The notes: generated by a model from the letters alone, not told the origin. A DNA stretch of 64,000 nucleotides from Escherichia coli (GCF_048403405.1 NZ_CP183129.1); one strand, 5' to 3'; shown: positions 15,330 to 31,920, numbered from the stretch's first letter. Made by a program: numbers and translations.

Positions 15330-16474
15330 AAATCACCAAAATTACCACGTATCGTTTACCTCCCCGCTGGATGTTCCTGAAAATTGAAACCGATGAAGGC
15401 GTGGTCGGCTGGGGCGAGCCCGTGATCGAAGGCCGCGCCCGTACAGTGGAAGCGGCAGTTCACGAACTGAGCGACTATTTGATTGGTCAGGATCCATCGC
15501 GCATCAATGATTTATGGCAAGTGATGTATCGCGCCGGATTTTATCGTGGCGGTCCAATCCTGATGAGCGCCATCGCCGGTATCGACCAGGCGTTATGGGA
15601 TATCAAAGGCAAAGTGCTGAATGCGCCGGTGTGGCAACTGATGGGCGGCCTGGTTCGCGACAAAATTAAAGCCTACAGTTGGGTCGGCGGCGATCGTCCG
15701 GCGGATGTTATCGACGGCATTAAAACCCTGCGCGAAATCGGCTTCGATACCTTCAAACTGAACGGTTGTGAAGAACTGGGGCTAATTGATAACTCCCGCG
15801 CGGTAGATGCGGCAGTCAACACCGTGGCACAAATTCGTGAAGCTTTTGGCAATCAGATTGAGTTTGGTCTTGATTTCCACGGTCGCGTCAGCGCGCCGAT
15901 GGCGAAAGTGCTGATTAAAGAACTGGAGCCGTATCGCCCACTGTTTATTGAAGAACCGGTGCTGGCGGAACAAGCCGAATACTACCCGAAACTGGCGGCA
16001 CAAACGCATATTCCACTGGCGGCGGGTGAGCGCATGTTCTCACGCTTCGATTTTAAACGCGTGCTGGAAGCTGGCGGTATTTCGATTCTGCAACCGGATC
16101 TCTCCCACGCGGGCGGTATTACCGAATGCTACAAAATTGCCGGAATGGCAGAAGCCTATGACGTGACCCTTGCGCCGCACTGTCCGCTCGGACCGATTGC
16201 ACTGGCGGCTTGCCTGCATATCGACTTTGTTTCCTATAACGCCGTACTTCAGGAACAAAGTATGGGCATTCATTACAACAAAGGCGCGGAGTTACTCGAC
16301 TTTGTGAAAAACAAAGAAGACTTCAGCATGGTCGGCGGTTTCTTTAAACCATTAACGAAACCGGGCTTAGGCGTGGAAATCGACGAAGCTAAAGTTATTG
16401 AGTTCAGTAAAAATGCCCCGGACTGGCGTAATCCGCTCTGGCGTCATGAAGATAACAGCGTAGCAGAGTGGTAA
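15326..16474 (+). CDS. dgoD: D-galactonate dehydratase (enolase superfamily)
   Basis: 382-aa [35 protein letters not shown]... Confidence 0.93.
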   Translation: MKITKITTYRLPPRWMFLKIETDEGVVGWGEPVIEGRARTVEAAVHELSDYLIGQDPSRINDLWQVMYRAGFYRGGPILMSAIAGIDQALWDIKGKVLNAPVWQLMGGLVRDKIKAYSWVGGDRPADVIDGIKTLREIGFDTFKLNGCEELGLIDNSRAVDAAVNTVAQIREAFGNQIEFGLDFHGRVSAPMAKVLIKELEPYRPLFIEEPVLAEQAEYYPKLAAQTHIPLAAGERMFSRFDFKRVLEAGGISILQPDLSHAGGITECYKIAGMAEAYDVTLAPHCPLGPIALAACLHIDFVSYNAVLQEQSMGIHYNKGAELLDFVKNKEDFSMVGGFFKPLTKPGLGVEIDEAKVIEFSKNAPDWRNPLWRHEDNSVAEW

Positions 16475-16593
16475 TTCCTGCCACGTAAGCCCCTCATCGG
16501 GCACTAAAACAGTAATACAAAAATATAACCCTCTGTAAATTACAGGGCATGGTGAGCGGCTTCGCTATGCCCAAAATCTGGAGAAAGCTCGCT

Positions 16594-17886
16594 ATGGATA
16601 TTCCCGTTAATGCAGCAAAGCCGGGGCGTCGGCGTTATCTGACGCTGGTGATGATCTTTATTACGGTGGTCATTTGTTATGTTGACCGCGCTAACCTGGC
16701 CGTGGCTTCCGCCCATATTCAGGAAGAGTTCGGTATTACGAAAGCGGAAATGGGCTATGTATTTTCGGCCTTCGCCTGGCTTTATACGTTATGCCAGATC
16801 CCCGGCGGTTGGTTCTTAGATCGCGTAGGTTCACGCGTGACTTATTTTATTGCGATATTTGGCTGGTCAGTGGCGACTTTATTCCAGGGCTTTGCCACGG
16901 GATTAATGTCATTAATTGGTCTGCGCGCGATAACCGGTATTTTCGAAGCGCCCGCTTTCCCGACCAATAACCGGATGGTGACCAGCTGGTTCCCGGAACA
17001 TGAACGCGCTTCCGCCGTTGGTTTTTATACGTCTGGTCAGTTTGTCGGTCTGGCGTTTCTGACTCCGCTGCTGATCTGGATTCAGGAAATGTTGAGCTGG
17101 CACTGGGTGTTCATTGTCACTGGTGGTATCGGCATTATCTGGTCGCTGATTTGGTTTAAGGTTTATCAGCCGCCGCGCCTGACTAAAGGCATCAGCAAAG
17201 CTGAACTGGATTACATTCGTGATGGCGGCGGTCTGGTGGATGGTGATGCGCCGGTGAAGAAAGAGGCGCGTCAGCCGTTAACAGCCAAAGACTGGAAACT
17301 GGTGTTCCATCGTAAACTGATCGGCGTCTATCTTGGGCAATTTGCGGTGGCTTCTACACTGTGGTTTTTCTTAACCTGGTTCCCGAACTATTTAACCCAG
17401 GAAAAAGGAATCACGGCGCTGAAAGCAGGCTTTATGACCACGGTGCCATTCCTCGCGGCGTTTGTCGGCGTCCTGCTCTCTGGCTGGGTCGCGGATCTGC
17501 TGGTACGTAAGGGCTTTTCACTGGGCTTTGCGCGTAAAACGCCGATTATCTGCGGCTTGCTGATCTCCACCTGCATTATGGGCGCTAACTACACCAACGA
17601 TCCGATGATGATTATGTGCCTGATGGCGCTGGCATTCTTCGGTAACGGTTTTGCTTCGATTACCTGGTCGCTGGTCTCTTCTCTGGCACCGATGCGCCTG
17701 ATTGGTTTAACCGGCGGCGTGTTTAACTTTGCCGGTGGTCTGGGCGGCATCACCGTTCCGCTGGTGGTGGGGTACCTGGCGCAGGGTTACGGTTTCGCAC
17801 CTGCACTGGTTTATATCTCCGCCGTCGCGTTGATTGGCGCGCTCTCTTACATCCTGCTGGTGGGCGATGTGAAGCGCGTTGGCTAA
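16594..17886 (+). CDS. dgoT: D-galactonate:H+ symporter (MFS)
   Basis: 430 aa from [22 protein letters not shown]...; 12-TM MFS pattern; the track's extra 15 N-terminal residues are treated as an extension. Confidence 0.9.
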
Positions 17887-18947
17887 TCTTTCAACTGTGG
17901 AATATGCGCCACACCACTGCGCATAATCCACTTTCTTAAAGCCGGTGCGGTCAGGCATCGGCTTTTTACTATCTTACCGAAGAGTTTTAAACGCAGTTTG
18001 CGGGTAGCGCGCCAGTAGGCGGCGTTGCTCTTCTCCGGCTGCTTCAGTAACACCGAACGCAGAATCTCTGCGCTATCCAGCGCATAGCTAATCCCCTCCA
18101 GCGAACTGGCGCTGATAAATCCCGCCGCTTCACCAATCAGAAAGGCGTTGTCCTTACCGCAGACAAAATCCTGCCAGCGTGAGAGAAACAACACGGTACA
18201 TTTCTCACTTTTCACCGCTTTGCCAAACTGGAACTGAAAGGCGCTCATTTTCTCTTTCAGCGTCGCGAAACGCGTCTGACCGTCTTTCATGGGATAGGCA
18301 CCGCCAAAGATAAAATAACCGTCTTTGCTGATACTCCATGAATAACAGTCAGTTATCGCATTATCAAAGATGCAGGAGTAGAACGGTACCGGATGTTTCT
18401 CTGCAAACCACTGCTGGATAGCGACATATTTACGGATTTGATGGTCCGGGTAGAGATGTCGCCGCACCATCGAGTTGGCACCGTCGGCACCGACCAGATA
18501 GCGGGCGGTAATATGCTGCTCCCAACCGTCTGCACGAAAAATGACATGCCATTTATCATCCTCACGCCAGATTTTCCGGCACAGGCTATCGTGGTAAACC
18601 TCAACGCTGGCGGGGATCAGCGATTTCATCCACAAGTCGAAAGCATGGCGATTAATATTGATATAGCTTCGCTGGTAGTTACGCGTGAGCGATGCGGCGA
18701 CGTCGACGGTTTTGACGCTGAAAATCTGCGGGTTGGCGATCACATCGACAGGAAGCGTCAGTCCATCGCGAATAAAAGATCGCTGCGCGTCCGGTGCCAG
18801 CAGACCGCCGCAGGGTTTGCTGAAACCTTCAGTACCACACTGGTGCTTTTTATCCAGCGCGATCACCTGCATTTTGCCTGCTAACTTTCGTGCCAACGCC
18901 GACCCTGCCGGGCCGAGGCCAATAATCGCCACGTCGAAATGTTCCAT
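17883..18947 (-). CDS. cbrA: FAD-dependent oxidoreductase CbrA
   Basis: 354 aa from [19 protein letters not shown] (dinucleotide-binding GxGxxG fold); conserved position after dgoT. Confidence 0.85.
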
Positions 18948-19011
18948 CTTTTCACTCACATTCATCACGATGGCGAAAGACTATTGTCTGAAAGTGAAGT
19001 CCTTGTGAAGT

Positions 19012-20262
19012 ATGATGGCGGGACCCGTTTTGTATCAGGACCGCGCCATGAAACAGATAACCTTTGCTCCCCGTAATCACCTGCTCACCAATACCAATAC
19101 CTGGACGCCCGACAGCCAGTGGCTGGTATTTGACGTGCGTCCTTCTGGCGCGTCGTTTACCGGCGAGACCATTGAGCGTGTGAATATCCATACCGGCGAG
19201 GTCGAGGTTATCTATCGCGCGTCACAGGGCGCACACGTCGGCGTGGTGACCGTTCATCCGAAGTCAGAGAAGTATGTCTTCATCCACGGCCCGGAAAATC
19301 CTGATGAAACATGGCATTACGATTTCCATCATCGGCGCGGAGTGATTGTTGAAGGCGGCAAGGTGAGCAATCTCGATGCAATGGATATTACCGCACCGTA
19401 CACCCCAGGAGCGCTGCGCGGCGGCAGTCATGTACATGTCTTTAGCCCGAACGGAGAAAGGGTGAGCTTTACCTATAACGACCATGTAATGCATCAACTC
19501 GATTCGGCGCTGGATTTGCGAAACGTCGGTGTTGCGGCACCGTTTGGCCCGGTCAACGTACAAAAGCAGCATCCGCGTGAATACAGCGGTAGCCACTGGT
19601 GCGTGCTGGTGAGTAAAACCACGCCCACGCCGCAGCCTGGCAGCGATGAAATCAATCGTGCTTATGAAGAAGGATGGGTAGGAAATCACGCGCTGGCGTT
19701 TATTGGCGACACACTTTCGCCAAAGGGCGAGAAAGTGCCGGAGCTATTTATCGTTGAGTTACCGCAAGATGAAGCTGGCTGGAAAGCGGCAGGTGATGCG
19801 CCGTTAAGTGGAACGGAAACAACCCTGCCCGCGCCACCGCGCGGCGTCGTGCAGCGACGTTTAACCTTTACCCACCATCGGGCTTATCCGGGGTTAGTTA
19901 ACGTCCCGCGCCACTGGGTGCGCTGTAATCCGCAGGGTACGCAAATCGCGTTTTTAATGCGTGATGATAACGGCATTGTGCAACTGTGGCTTATCTCGCC
20001 ACAAGGCGGCGAGCCGCGCCAGTTAACCCATAACAAAACGGATATTCAGTCTGCATTTAACTGGCATCCATCAGGAGAATGGTTGGGCTTTGTGCTGGAT
20101 AATCGAATTGCTTGTGCCCATGCGCAAAGCGGCGAGGTTGAGTATTTAACCGAAAACCACGCCAATCCACCTTCTGCAGACGCCGTGGTCTTCTCGCCGG
20201 ATGGTCAGTGGCTGGCGTGGATGGAAGGTGGCCAGCTGTGGATCACCGAAACTGATCGCTAA
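19012..20262 (+). CDS. yidR: Conserved protein YidR (start uncertain; alternative Met at 19048)
   Basis: 415/416-aa ORF in the conserved cbrA-yidR-yidQ position; several possible Met starts in the first 13 codons. Confidence 0.8.
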   Translation: MMAGPVLYQDRAMKQITFAPRNHLLTNTNTWTPDSQWLVFDVRPSGASFTGETIERVNIHTGEVEVIYRASQGAHVGVVTVHPKSEKYVFIHGPENPDETWHYDFHHRRGVIVEGGKVSNLDAMDITAPYTPGALRGGSHVHVFSPNGERVSFTYNDHVMHQLDSALDLRNVGVAAPFGPVNVQKQHPREYSGSHWCVLVSKTTPTPQPGSDEINRAYEEGWVGNHALAFIGDTLSPKGEKVPELFIVELPQDEAGWKAAGDAPLSGTETTLPAPPRGVVQRRLTFTHHRAYPGLVNVPRHWVRCNPQGTQIAFLMRDDNGIVQLWLISPQGGEPRQLTHNKTDIQSAFNWHPSGEWLGFVLDNRIACAHAQSGEVEYLTENHANPPSADAVVFSPDGQWLAWMEGGQLWITETDR

Positions 20263-20263
20263 A

Positions 20264-20596
20264 TCAGTTATCAGGCATTCTGGCGGGTGGAATAACCGCA
20301 TTGGTGGCTTGCGCGTTGGCTTCGCTTTTTTCAACGCGCGAGCGCACCGAGCTGTCTTTGCGGAACACGTCCCACGGCAGTAAAAGCGTGTCCATCACAG
20401 CGGTAAACGGCATATCGAGAATCGCCAGCGACTTAGTGCCCCAGTTGGTTTCATCGTCGCCAATCATGGTGGCGCTGGCGCGGGTGCCGGGATACGTTCC
20501 TTCTTTCCCCCCGGTATGGGACATCACGCTGGAGCATCCTCCAAGTAATGTCATTCCGCTGCATATCATGAACGCTAACAACACATTTCTTATCAT
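20264..20596 (-). CDS. yidQ: Small lipoprotein YidQ
   Basis: 110 aa from MIRNVLLAFMICSGMTLLGGCSS (lipobox); the track's 135-aa form is an upstream extension. Confidence 0.8.
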   Translation of the reverse strand: MIRNVLLAFMICSGMTLLGGCSSVMSHTGGKEGTYPGTRASATMIGDDETNWGTKSLAILDMPFTAVMDTLLLPWDVFRKDSSVRSRVEKSEANAQATNAVIPPARMPDN

Positions 20597-20770
20597 AATA
20601 AATTCATCTGTTGATCGTGGGTGTTGGCCTGATGAGTTATAGCGATCCCTTGCTGAAAATAACATCATCATTACGTCGCACTGTGGCGGCTATCGCACTT
20701 TAACGTTTCGTGCTGCCCCCTCAGTCTATGCAATAGACCATAAACTGCAAAAAAAAGTCCGCTGATAAGG

Positions 20771-20799
20771 CTTGAAAAGTTCATTTCCAGACCCATTTT
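20771..20799 (+). promoter_or_regulatory. Sigma-32 (heat-shock) promoter of ibpA
   Basis: CTTGAAA at 20771-20777 and CCCATTTT at 20792-20799 with about 14-bp spacing match the sigma-32 consensus (CTTGAAA ... CCCCATnT), about 100 bp upstream of ibpA. Confidence 0.6.
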
Positions 20800-20901
20800 T
20801 ACATCGTAGCCGATGAGGACGCGCCTGATGGGTGTTCTGGCTACCTGACCTGTCCATTGTGGAAGGTCTTACATTCTCGCTGATTTCAGGAGCTATTGAT
20901 T

Positions 20902-21315
20902 ATGCGTAACTTTGATTTATCCCCGCTTTACCGTTCTGCTATTGGATTTGACCGTTTGTTTAACCACTTAGAAAACAACCAGAGCCAGAGTAATGGCGGC
21001 TACCCTCCGTATAACGTTGAACTGGTAGACGAAAACCATTACCGCATTGCTATCGCTGTGGCTGGTTTTGCTGAGAGCGAACTGGAAATTACCGCCCAGG
21101 ATAATCTGCTGGTGGTGAAAGGTGCTCACGCCGACGAACAAAAAGAGCGCACCTATCTGTATCAGGGCATCGCTGAACGCAACTTTGAACGCAAATTCCA
21201 GTTAGCTGAGAACATTCATGTTCGTGGTGCTAACCTGGTGAATGGTCTGCTGTATATCGATCTCGAACGCGTGATTCCGGAAGCGAAAAAACCGCGCCGT
21301 ATCGAAATCAACTAA
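20902..21315 (+). CDS. ibpA: Small heat-shock protein IbpA
   Basis: 137-aa alpha-crystallin-type protein [20 protein letters not shown]... Confidence 0.93.
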
Positions 21316-21426
21316 TTCCTTAAGGCCGCCTGGCGCGGCCTGACATCTCCATGCTCGCCGTCAGGGAGCATATGCGAATCTTCGGATTTGCAGGTACTTA
21401 CTCGCTTCTTAGAAGGAGAAATGACT

Positions 21427-21855
21427 ATGCGTAACTTCGATTTATCCCCACTGATGCGTCAATGGATCGGTTTTGACAAACTGGCCAACGCACTGCAAAA
21501 CGCCGGTGAAAGCCAGAGCTTCCCGCCGTACAACATTGAGAAAAGCGACGATAACCACTACCGCATTACCCTTGCGCTGGCAGGTTTTCGTCAGGAAGAT
21601 TTAGAGATTCAACTGGAAGGTACGCGCCTGAGCGTAAAAGGCACGCCGGAGCAGCCAAAAGAAGAGAAAAAATGGCTGCATCAAGGGCTTATGAATCAGC
21701 CATTTAGCCTGAGCTTTACGCTGGCTGAAAATATGGAAGTCTCTGGTGCAACCTTCGTAAACGGTTTACTGCATATTGATTTAATTCGTAATGAGCCTGA
21801 ACCCATCGCAGCGCAGCGTATCGCTATCAGCGAACGTCCCGCGTTAAATAGCTAA
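21427..21855 (+). CDS. ibpB: Small heat-shock protein IbpB
   Basis: 142-aa paralogue of Ibp[25 protein letters not shown]...; RBS aggaga upstream. Confidence 0.93.
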
Positions 21856-21870
21856 CTAGCTATTCTCTTT

Positions 21871-21899
21871 GCCCCGCCATTCTGGTGGGGCTTTTTTTG
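21871..21899 (+). terminator. Rho-independent terminator after ibpB
   Basis: gccccgcc ... gtggggc stem followed by ttttttt. Confidence 0.6.
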
Positions 21900-22050
21900 T
21901 CTTTCTTCTTCAACAATGCGTTAAATTTCGCCTGTTTAAGATATTTCGGCACGTTCTTTCCCGTGATAATGTGCGCTATAAGGCAAATCTGCTTCACCGA
22001 TTCAGCCATAATCCGTAGCAATTAAAATGTTATCTCAAGAGAAATGGACG

Positions 22051-23712
22051 ATGAGTGATATAGCATTAACGGTCAGTATTCTGGCTTTGGTGGCAGTCGT
22101 CGGTTTGTTTATCGGCAACGTCAAATTTCGCGGCATAGGATTAGGTATTGGCGGCGTGCTGTTTGGTGGGATCATCGTCGGCCATTTTGTTTCTCAGGCG
22201 GGGATGACATTAAGTAGCGATATGCTGCATGTTATTCAGGAATTTGGCCTGATCCTGTTCGTTTATACCATCGGGATTCAGGTGGGTCCGGGCTTCTTTG
22301 CCTCATTGCGCGTCTCCGGATTACGCCTCAACCTGTTTGCTGTTCTGATCGTCATCATCGGTGGTCTGGTTACCGCCATCCTGCATAAACTGTTTGATAT
22401 TCCACTGCCGGTAGTACTGGGGATTTTCTCCGGTGCGGTAACCAATACGCCAGCACTGGGGGCAGGGCAGCAGATCTTGCGCGACCTGGGTACACCAATG
22501 GAAATGGTCGATCAGATGGGGATGAGTTACGCGATGGCGTATCCATTCGGCATTTGCGGGATTTTGTTCACCATGTGGATGTTGCGGGTTATTTTCCGCG
22601 TCAATGTCGAGACAGAAGCCCAGCAGCACGAGTCTTCACGCACCAATGGCGGCGCGCTGATCAGGACTATCAATATTCGCGTTGAGAACCCTAACCTGCA
22701 TGATTTAGCCATTAAAGATGTACCGATTCTCAACGGCGACAAAATTATCTGCTCGCGTCTGAAACGAGAAGAAACCCTAAAAGTACCTTCGCCAGATACC
22801 ATTATCCAACTGGGCGATTTGCTGCATCTGGTGGGGCAGCCAGCGGATTTACATAATGCGCAACTGGTGATTGGTCAGGAGGTCGATACCTCGCTGTCCA
22901 CGAAAGGCACTGATTTGCGCGTCGAGCGTGTGGTGGTCACCAATGAAAACGTGCTCGGTAAACGTATTCGCGACCTGCATTTTAAAGAACGCTATGACGT
23001 TGTTATCTCGCGCCTGAACCGTGCCGGGGTCGAACTGGTCGCCAGTGGCGATATCAGCTTGCAGTTCGGCGATATCCTCAACCTGGTGGGGCGTCCGTCC
23101 GCAATTGATGCCGTTGCCAATGTGCTGGGGAATGCGCAGCAAAAACTGCAACAGGTTCAGATGCTGCCGGTGTTTATTGGTATCGGGCTTGGCGTATTGT
23201 TAGGTTCTATTCCCGTCTTTGTGCCGGGATTCCCGGCCGCGTTGAAACTGGGGCTGGCGGGCGGTCCGCTGATTATGGCGTTGATCCTCGGGCGTATCGG
23301 CAGTATTGGCAAGCTGTACTGGTTTATGCCGCCAAGTGCCAACCTCGCGCTGCGGGAGCTGGGGATCGTGCTGTTCCTCTCGGTCGTTGGTCTGAAATCT
23401 GGTGGGGATTTTGTGAATACCCTGGTCAATGGCGAAGGGCTAAGCTGGATTGGTTATGGTGCCCTGATCACCGCCGTTCCGCTGATTACTGTTGGTATTC
23501 TGGCGCGGATGTTAGCCAAAATGAATTACCTGACCATGTGCGGGATGCTGGCTGGCTCCATGACCGATCCACCGGCGCTGGCGTTTGCTAATAATCTTCA
23601 TCCAACCAGCGGTGCGGCGGCGCTCTCTTACGCCACTGTCTATCCGTTGGTGATGTTCCTGCGCATTATCACTCCCCAATTACTGGCGGTGCTCTTCTGG
23701 AGTATCGGTTAA
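22051..23712 (+). CDS. yidE: Putative transport protein YidE (two RCK-C/TrkA-C domains between membrane halves)
   Basis: 553 aa from [19 protein letters not shown]...; duplicated membrane domains with central soluble domains. Confidence 0.88.
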
Positions 23713-24425
23713 CTCTTCTCCGGGTGGAGTCGCCGTAAATGGTACTCCACCTGGTATTCGCTGGCATTTCTGAACATCACTGAATAATTCAAAAACTCCC
23801 CGCTCTCGCTATATGACAACGAGGTGATCCGCAGCAGTGGCGTGTGTTCCGCTACCTTCATTTGCCGCGCCAGCAGTCTATCGGCGAGCACCGGCGTCAG
23901 GCTTTCATAATTACCGCCAATCAGAATCCCGCACTCTTGTTCAATATATTCAAACTTCGACCCTTCCAGATGTTGCAGCGATAGGTTGCGGAACAGTTTT
24001 ACTGGCATATAGCTGTCTTCCAGCATCAGCGGTTTCCCTTCCACAAAACGAACGCGACGGGAGAAGTAGATCTGCTCGTTGATTTGAATCCGTAGCTGGC
24101 TGGCAATGGCCGGAGGCGCAGGCATGATTTCAAAAATCAGCACCTGGCTGGTGACCGTTTTTCCCTGGTGTTTTAACACCTCCACCAGCCCGGTCAGGCT
24201 GGCGGTTTGATGCAATACATCTTTACGCACCAGGTAAGTACCGCTGCCGTGGCGGCGGACCACCAGCCCCCACGCTACCAGCAGATCAATGGCTTTACGG
24301 ATGGTCATCCGCGATACCGCAAACTCTTCCGCCAGCTTTTTTTCACCGGGAAGAAGGCTGTTTAGCGTGAAATCCGCGGAGTTAAGTCGAATTCTTAACC
24401 GCTCCGCAATGCTTTTGTAGATCAT
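23709..24425 (-). CDS. yidP: GntR-family transcriptional regulator YidP (HTH + UTRA)
   Basis: 238 aa from [14 protein letters not shown]...; HTH segment [25 protein letters not shown]; divergent from the glv genes. Confidence 0.85.
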
Positions 24426-24720
24426 CTCTAGATCTCTTTTTTGCCTGCAAGCCCGGGTAACGCGCCCACAAGTTCTGCTTAATCGATTGAAAAAACATCT
24501 TTTTTTTAAAGATGTGTTCGATGCTGTGTACCAGTGCTCACAGATGTCTACTTTTTTGCGAAAACGTAGATCTCTACCGCCCAACGAAAAGCATGAAAGC
24601 GATCACGAATCCCACTGGGTCGTCATGTTCTGCCGATCGCATCTTCCTATCCTCGCTCCAGGCCTGCCGCATAACCAATCAGGCTTCCTACTTACAGAAT
24701 TGAGAAAAGAGGATGTGGAA

Positions 24721-28549
<3,829 letters not shown>

Positions 28550-28715
28550 TTTAATATCCCTCCGGCGAATTATGCTCACAACCTGAACTTAACAGAAAAC
28601 AATCCGTTCAGGGATACGACGTTTGTATTTTAAGAATCTGACTGCCTGACCCGACGCATTTTACCTCTCCCTATATTTATGCGTCCGGGACATAAACATA
28701 AATAAGGGCTATGAG

Positions 28716-30431
28716 ATGAATTCGTTACAAATCTTGAGTTTTGTCGGTTTTACGCTGCTGGTGGCGGTCATCACCTGGTGGAAGGTCCGCAAAACAGATA
28801 CCGGATCGCAACAAGGCTATTTTCTTGCCGGACGTTCACTAAAAGCGCCGGTTATTGCCGCTTCGTTAATGTTAACCAACCTTTCCACGGAACAACTGGT
28901 TGGACTTTCCGGGCAGGCCTACAAAAGCGGCATGTCGGTGATGGGCTGGGAAGTCACTTCTGCGGTGACGCTGATCTTCCTCGCGCTAATCTTTTTACCG
29001 CGCTATCTGAAGCGTGGCATTGCCACCATCCCCGATTTCCTGGAGGAACGTTATGATAAAACGACGCGTATTATCATCGACTTCTGCTTCCTCATTGCCA
29101 CCGGTGTCTGCTTTCTGCCGATTGTTCTCTACTCCGGCGCGTTGGCGCTCAACAGCCTGTTTCACGTCGGGGAATCGTTACAAATTTCCCACGGCGCAGC
29201 GATCTGGCTACTGGTTATTTTGCTTGGTCTGGCGGGAATTTTGTATGCGGTAATCGGCGGACTGCGCGCAATGGCAGTGGCGGACTCCATCAACGGTATT
29301 GGGCTGGTTATTGGCGGGTTGATGGTGCCGGTATTTGGCCTGATCGCGATGGGCAAGGGCAGCTTTATGCAGGGCATTGAGCAACTCACCACCGTTCACG
29401 CCGAGAAATTAAACTCAGTCGGTGGCCCGACCGATCCCTTGCCGATTGGCGCGGCATTTACCGGTTTGATTCTGGTGAACACCTTTTACTGGTGTACAAA
29501 TCAGGGCATCGTGCAACGCACGCTGGCGTCAAAAAGCCTGGCGGAAGGGCAAAAGGGGGCGCTGTTAACGGCGGTGCTGAAAATGCTCGACCCGCTGGTA
29601 CTGGTGCTGCCAGGGTTGATTGCGTTTCATCTGTATCAGGATTTACCGAAAGCCGATATGGCTTACCCGACGCTGGTCAATAACGTTCTGCCAGTGCCAC
29701 TGGTGGGCTTCTTCGGCGCGGTGTTATTTGGTGCGGTGATCAGTACCTTCAACGGCTTTCTGAATAGCGCCAGTACGTTATTCAGTATGGGTATTTACCG
29801 GCGCATCATTAACCAGAATGCCGAGCCGCAACAGCTGGTCACCGTCGGGCGCAAATTTGGTTTCTTTATCGCCATCGTTTCGGTGATGGTCGCGCCGTGG
29901 ATTGCCAACGCGCCGCAGGGGTTGTATAGCTGGATGAAACAGCTCAACGGTATTTACAACGTGCCGCTGGTTACCATCATCATTATGGGCTTTTTCTTCC
30001 CGCGAATTCCGGCGCTGGCGGCAAAAGTGGCGATGGGGATTGGCATAATCAGCTACATCACCATCAACTATCTGGTGAAGTTCGACTTCCATTTCCTCTA
30101 TGTGCTGGCCTGTACGTTCTGTATCAACGTGGTCGTGATGCTGGTGATCGGTTTTATCAAACCGCGCGCCACGCCGTTCACCTTCAAAGATGCGTTTGCG
30201 GTGGACATGAAACCGTGGAAAAACGTCAAGATCGCGTCAATTGGTATCCTGTTCGCGATGATTGGCGTCTATGCCGGGCTGGCTGAATTCGGCGGCTACG
30301 GTACGCGCTGGTTAGCGATGATCAGTTATTTCATTGCCGCCGTAGTGATTGTCTACCTGATTTTTGACAGCTGGCGGCATCGTCACGACCCAGCCGTAAC
30401 CTTTACTCCCGACGCGAAGGATAGCCTATGA
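28716..30431 (+). CDS. yidK: Sodium:solute symporter family transporter YidK
   Basis: 571-aa multi-TM ORF in the conserved yidK-yidJ order. Confidence 0.88.
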   Translation: MNSLQILSFVGFTLLVAVITWWKVRKTDTGSQQGYFLAGRSLKAPVIAASLMLTNLSTEQLVGLSGQAYKSGMSVMGWEVTSAVTLIFLALIFLPRYLKRGIATIPDFLEERYDKTTRIIIDFCFLIATGVCFLPIVLYSGALALNSLFHVGESLQISHGAAIWLLVILLGLAGILYAVIGGLRAMAVADSINGIGLVIGGLMVPVFGLIAMGKGSFMQGIEQLTTVHAEKLNSVGGPTDPLPIGAAFTGLILVNTFYWCTNQGIVQRTLASKSLAEGQKGALLTAVLKMLDPLVLVLPGLIAFHLYQDLPKADMAYPTLVNNVLPVPLVGFFGAVLFGAVISTFNGFLNSASTLFSMGIYRRIINQNAEPQQLVTVGRKFGFFIAIVSVMVAPWIANAPQGLYSWMKQLNGIYNVPLVTIIIMGFFFPRIPALAAKVAMGIGIISYITINYLVKFDFHFLYVLACTFCINVVVMLVIGFIKPRATPFTFKDAFAVDMKPWKNVKIASIGILFAMIGVYAGLAEFGGYGTRWLAMISYFIAAVVIVYLIFDSWRHRHDPAVTFTPDAKDSL

Positions 30432-31920
30432 AACGCCCCAATTTTCTGTTCATCATGACCGATACCCAGGCCACCAATATGGTCGGTTGCTATAGCGGTA
30501 AACCGCTGAATACGCAAAATATTGATAGTCTGGCGGCGGAAAGTATTCGCTTTAATTCCGCCTACACCTGTTCACCGGTTTGTACACCAGCGCGCGCCGG
30601 GCTGTTTACCGGTATCTACGCTAACCAGTCCGGCCCGTGGACCAATAACGTCGCGCCGGGCAAAAACATCTCCACTATGGGACGCTACTTTAAGGATGCG
30701 GGCTATCACACCTGTTACATTGGCAAATGGCATCTCGACGGTCATGACTATTTCGGCACTGGCGAGTGTCCGCCGGAGTGGGACGCTGATTACTGGTTCG
30801 ATGGGGCGAACTATCTTAGCGAACTGACGGAAAAAGAGATTAGCCTGTGGCGCAATGGCCTAAACAGCGTCGAAGATTTACAGGCGAACCATATTGACGA
30901 AACCTTCACCTGGGCGCACCGCATCAGCAATCGGGCGGTAGATTTTCTGCAACAGCCCGCGCGCGCCGAGGAACCCTTCCTGATGGTGGTTTCGTATGAT
31001 GAGCCGCATCACCCGTTCACCTGTCCGGTGGAGTATTTAGAGAAATACGCTGATTTTTACTACGAACTTGGCGAGAAATCACAGGATGACCTGGCGAACA
31101 AACCGGAACATCACCGCTTATGGGCGCAGGCGATGCCATCGCCAGTCGGTGATGACGGGCTTTATCACCATCCGCTCTATTTTGCCTGCAATGACTTTGT
31201 TGATGACCAAATCGGACGGGTCATCAATGCCTTAACGCCAGAGCAACGTGAAAATACGTGGGTTATTTATACCTCCGATCACGGCGAAATGATGGGCGCA
31301 CATAAGCTGATCAGTAAAGGAGCGACGATGTATGACGACATCACCCGTATTCCGCTGATCATCCGTTCGCCGCAAGGGGAGCGGTGACAGGTCGATACGC
31401 CAGTCAGTCATATCGATTTACTGCCGACAATGATGGCGCTGGCAGATATTGAAAAACCAGAGATTCTGCCGGGGAAAATATCCTTGCCGTGACAGAGCCA
31501 CGCGGCGTGATGGTGGAATTTAACCGCTACGAGATTGAGCATGACAGCTTTGGCGGTTTTATTCCGGTGCGTTGCTGGGTGACGGATGACTTTAAACTGG
31601 TACTCAACCTCTTCACCAGTGATGAACTTTACGATCGCCGTAATGACCCAAATGAAATGCATAACCTGATCGATGATATCCGTTTTGCCGACGTTCGCCG
31701 CAAAATGCATGACGCCTTATTGGATTACATGGACAAAATTCGCGATCCGTTCCGCAGTTATCAATGGAGCCTGCGTCCGTGGCGTAAAGATGCACGACCT
31801 CGCTGGATGGGGGCGTTTCGTCCACGCCCACAAGATGGCTATTCGCCAGTGGTACGCGACTATGACACCGGCCTACCGACACAAGGGGTGAAGGTGGAAG
31901 AGAAAAAACAGAAGTTCTGA
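30428..31920 (+). pseudogene. yidJ: Sulfatase YidJ, disrupted by an in-frame TGA (31385-31387) and a -1 frameshift in a G-run (31471-31474)
   Basis: Sulfatase signature CSPVCTPARAGLFTG near the N-terminus. The frame from 30428 hits TGA after ...SPQGER, then continues sensibly in the same frame (QVDTPVSHIDLLPTMMALADIEKPEILPG) until restoring one G in ccgggg gives PGENILAVTEPRGVMVEF, which is the downstream ORF. Span is 1493 bp, one short of a multiple of three. Confidence 0.75.

Noticed and set aside
31408..31882. Two overlapping minus-strand ORFs (100 and 89 aa) inside yidJ
   Set aside because: Antisense to the sulfatase frame, in different frames from each other, with non-protein-like composition.
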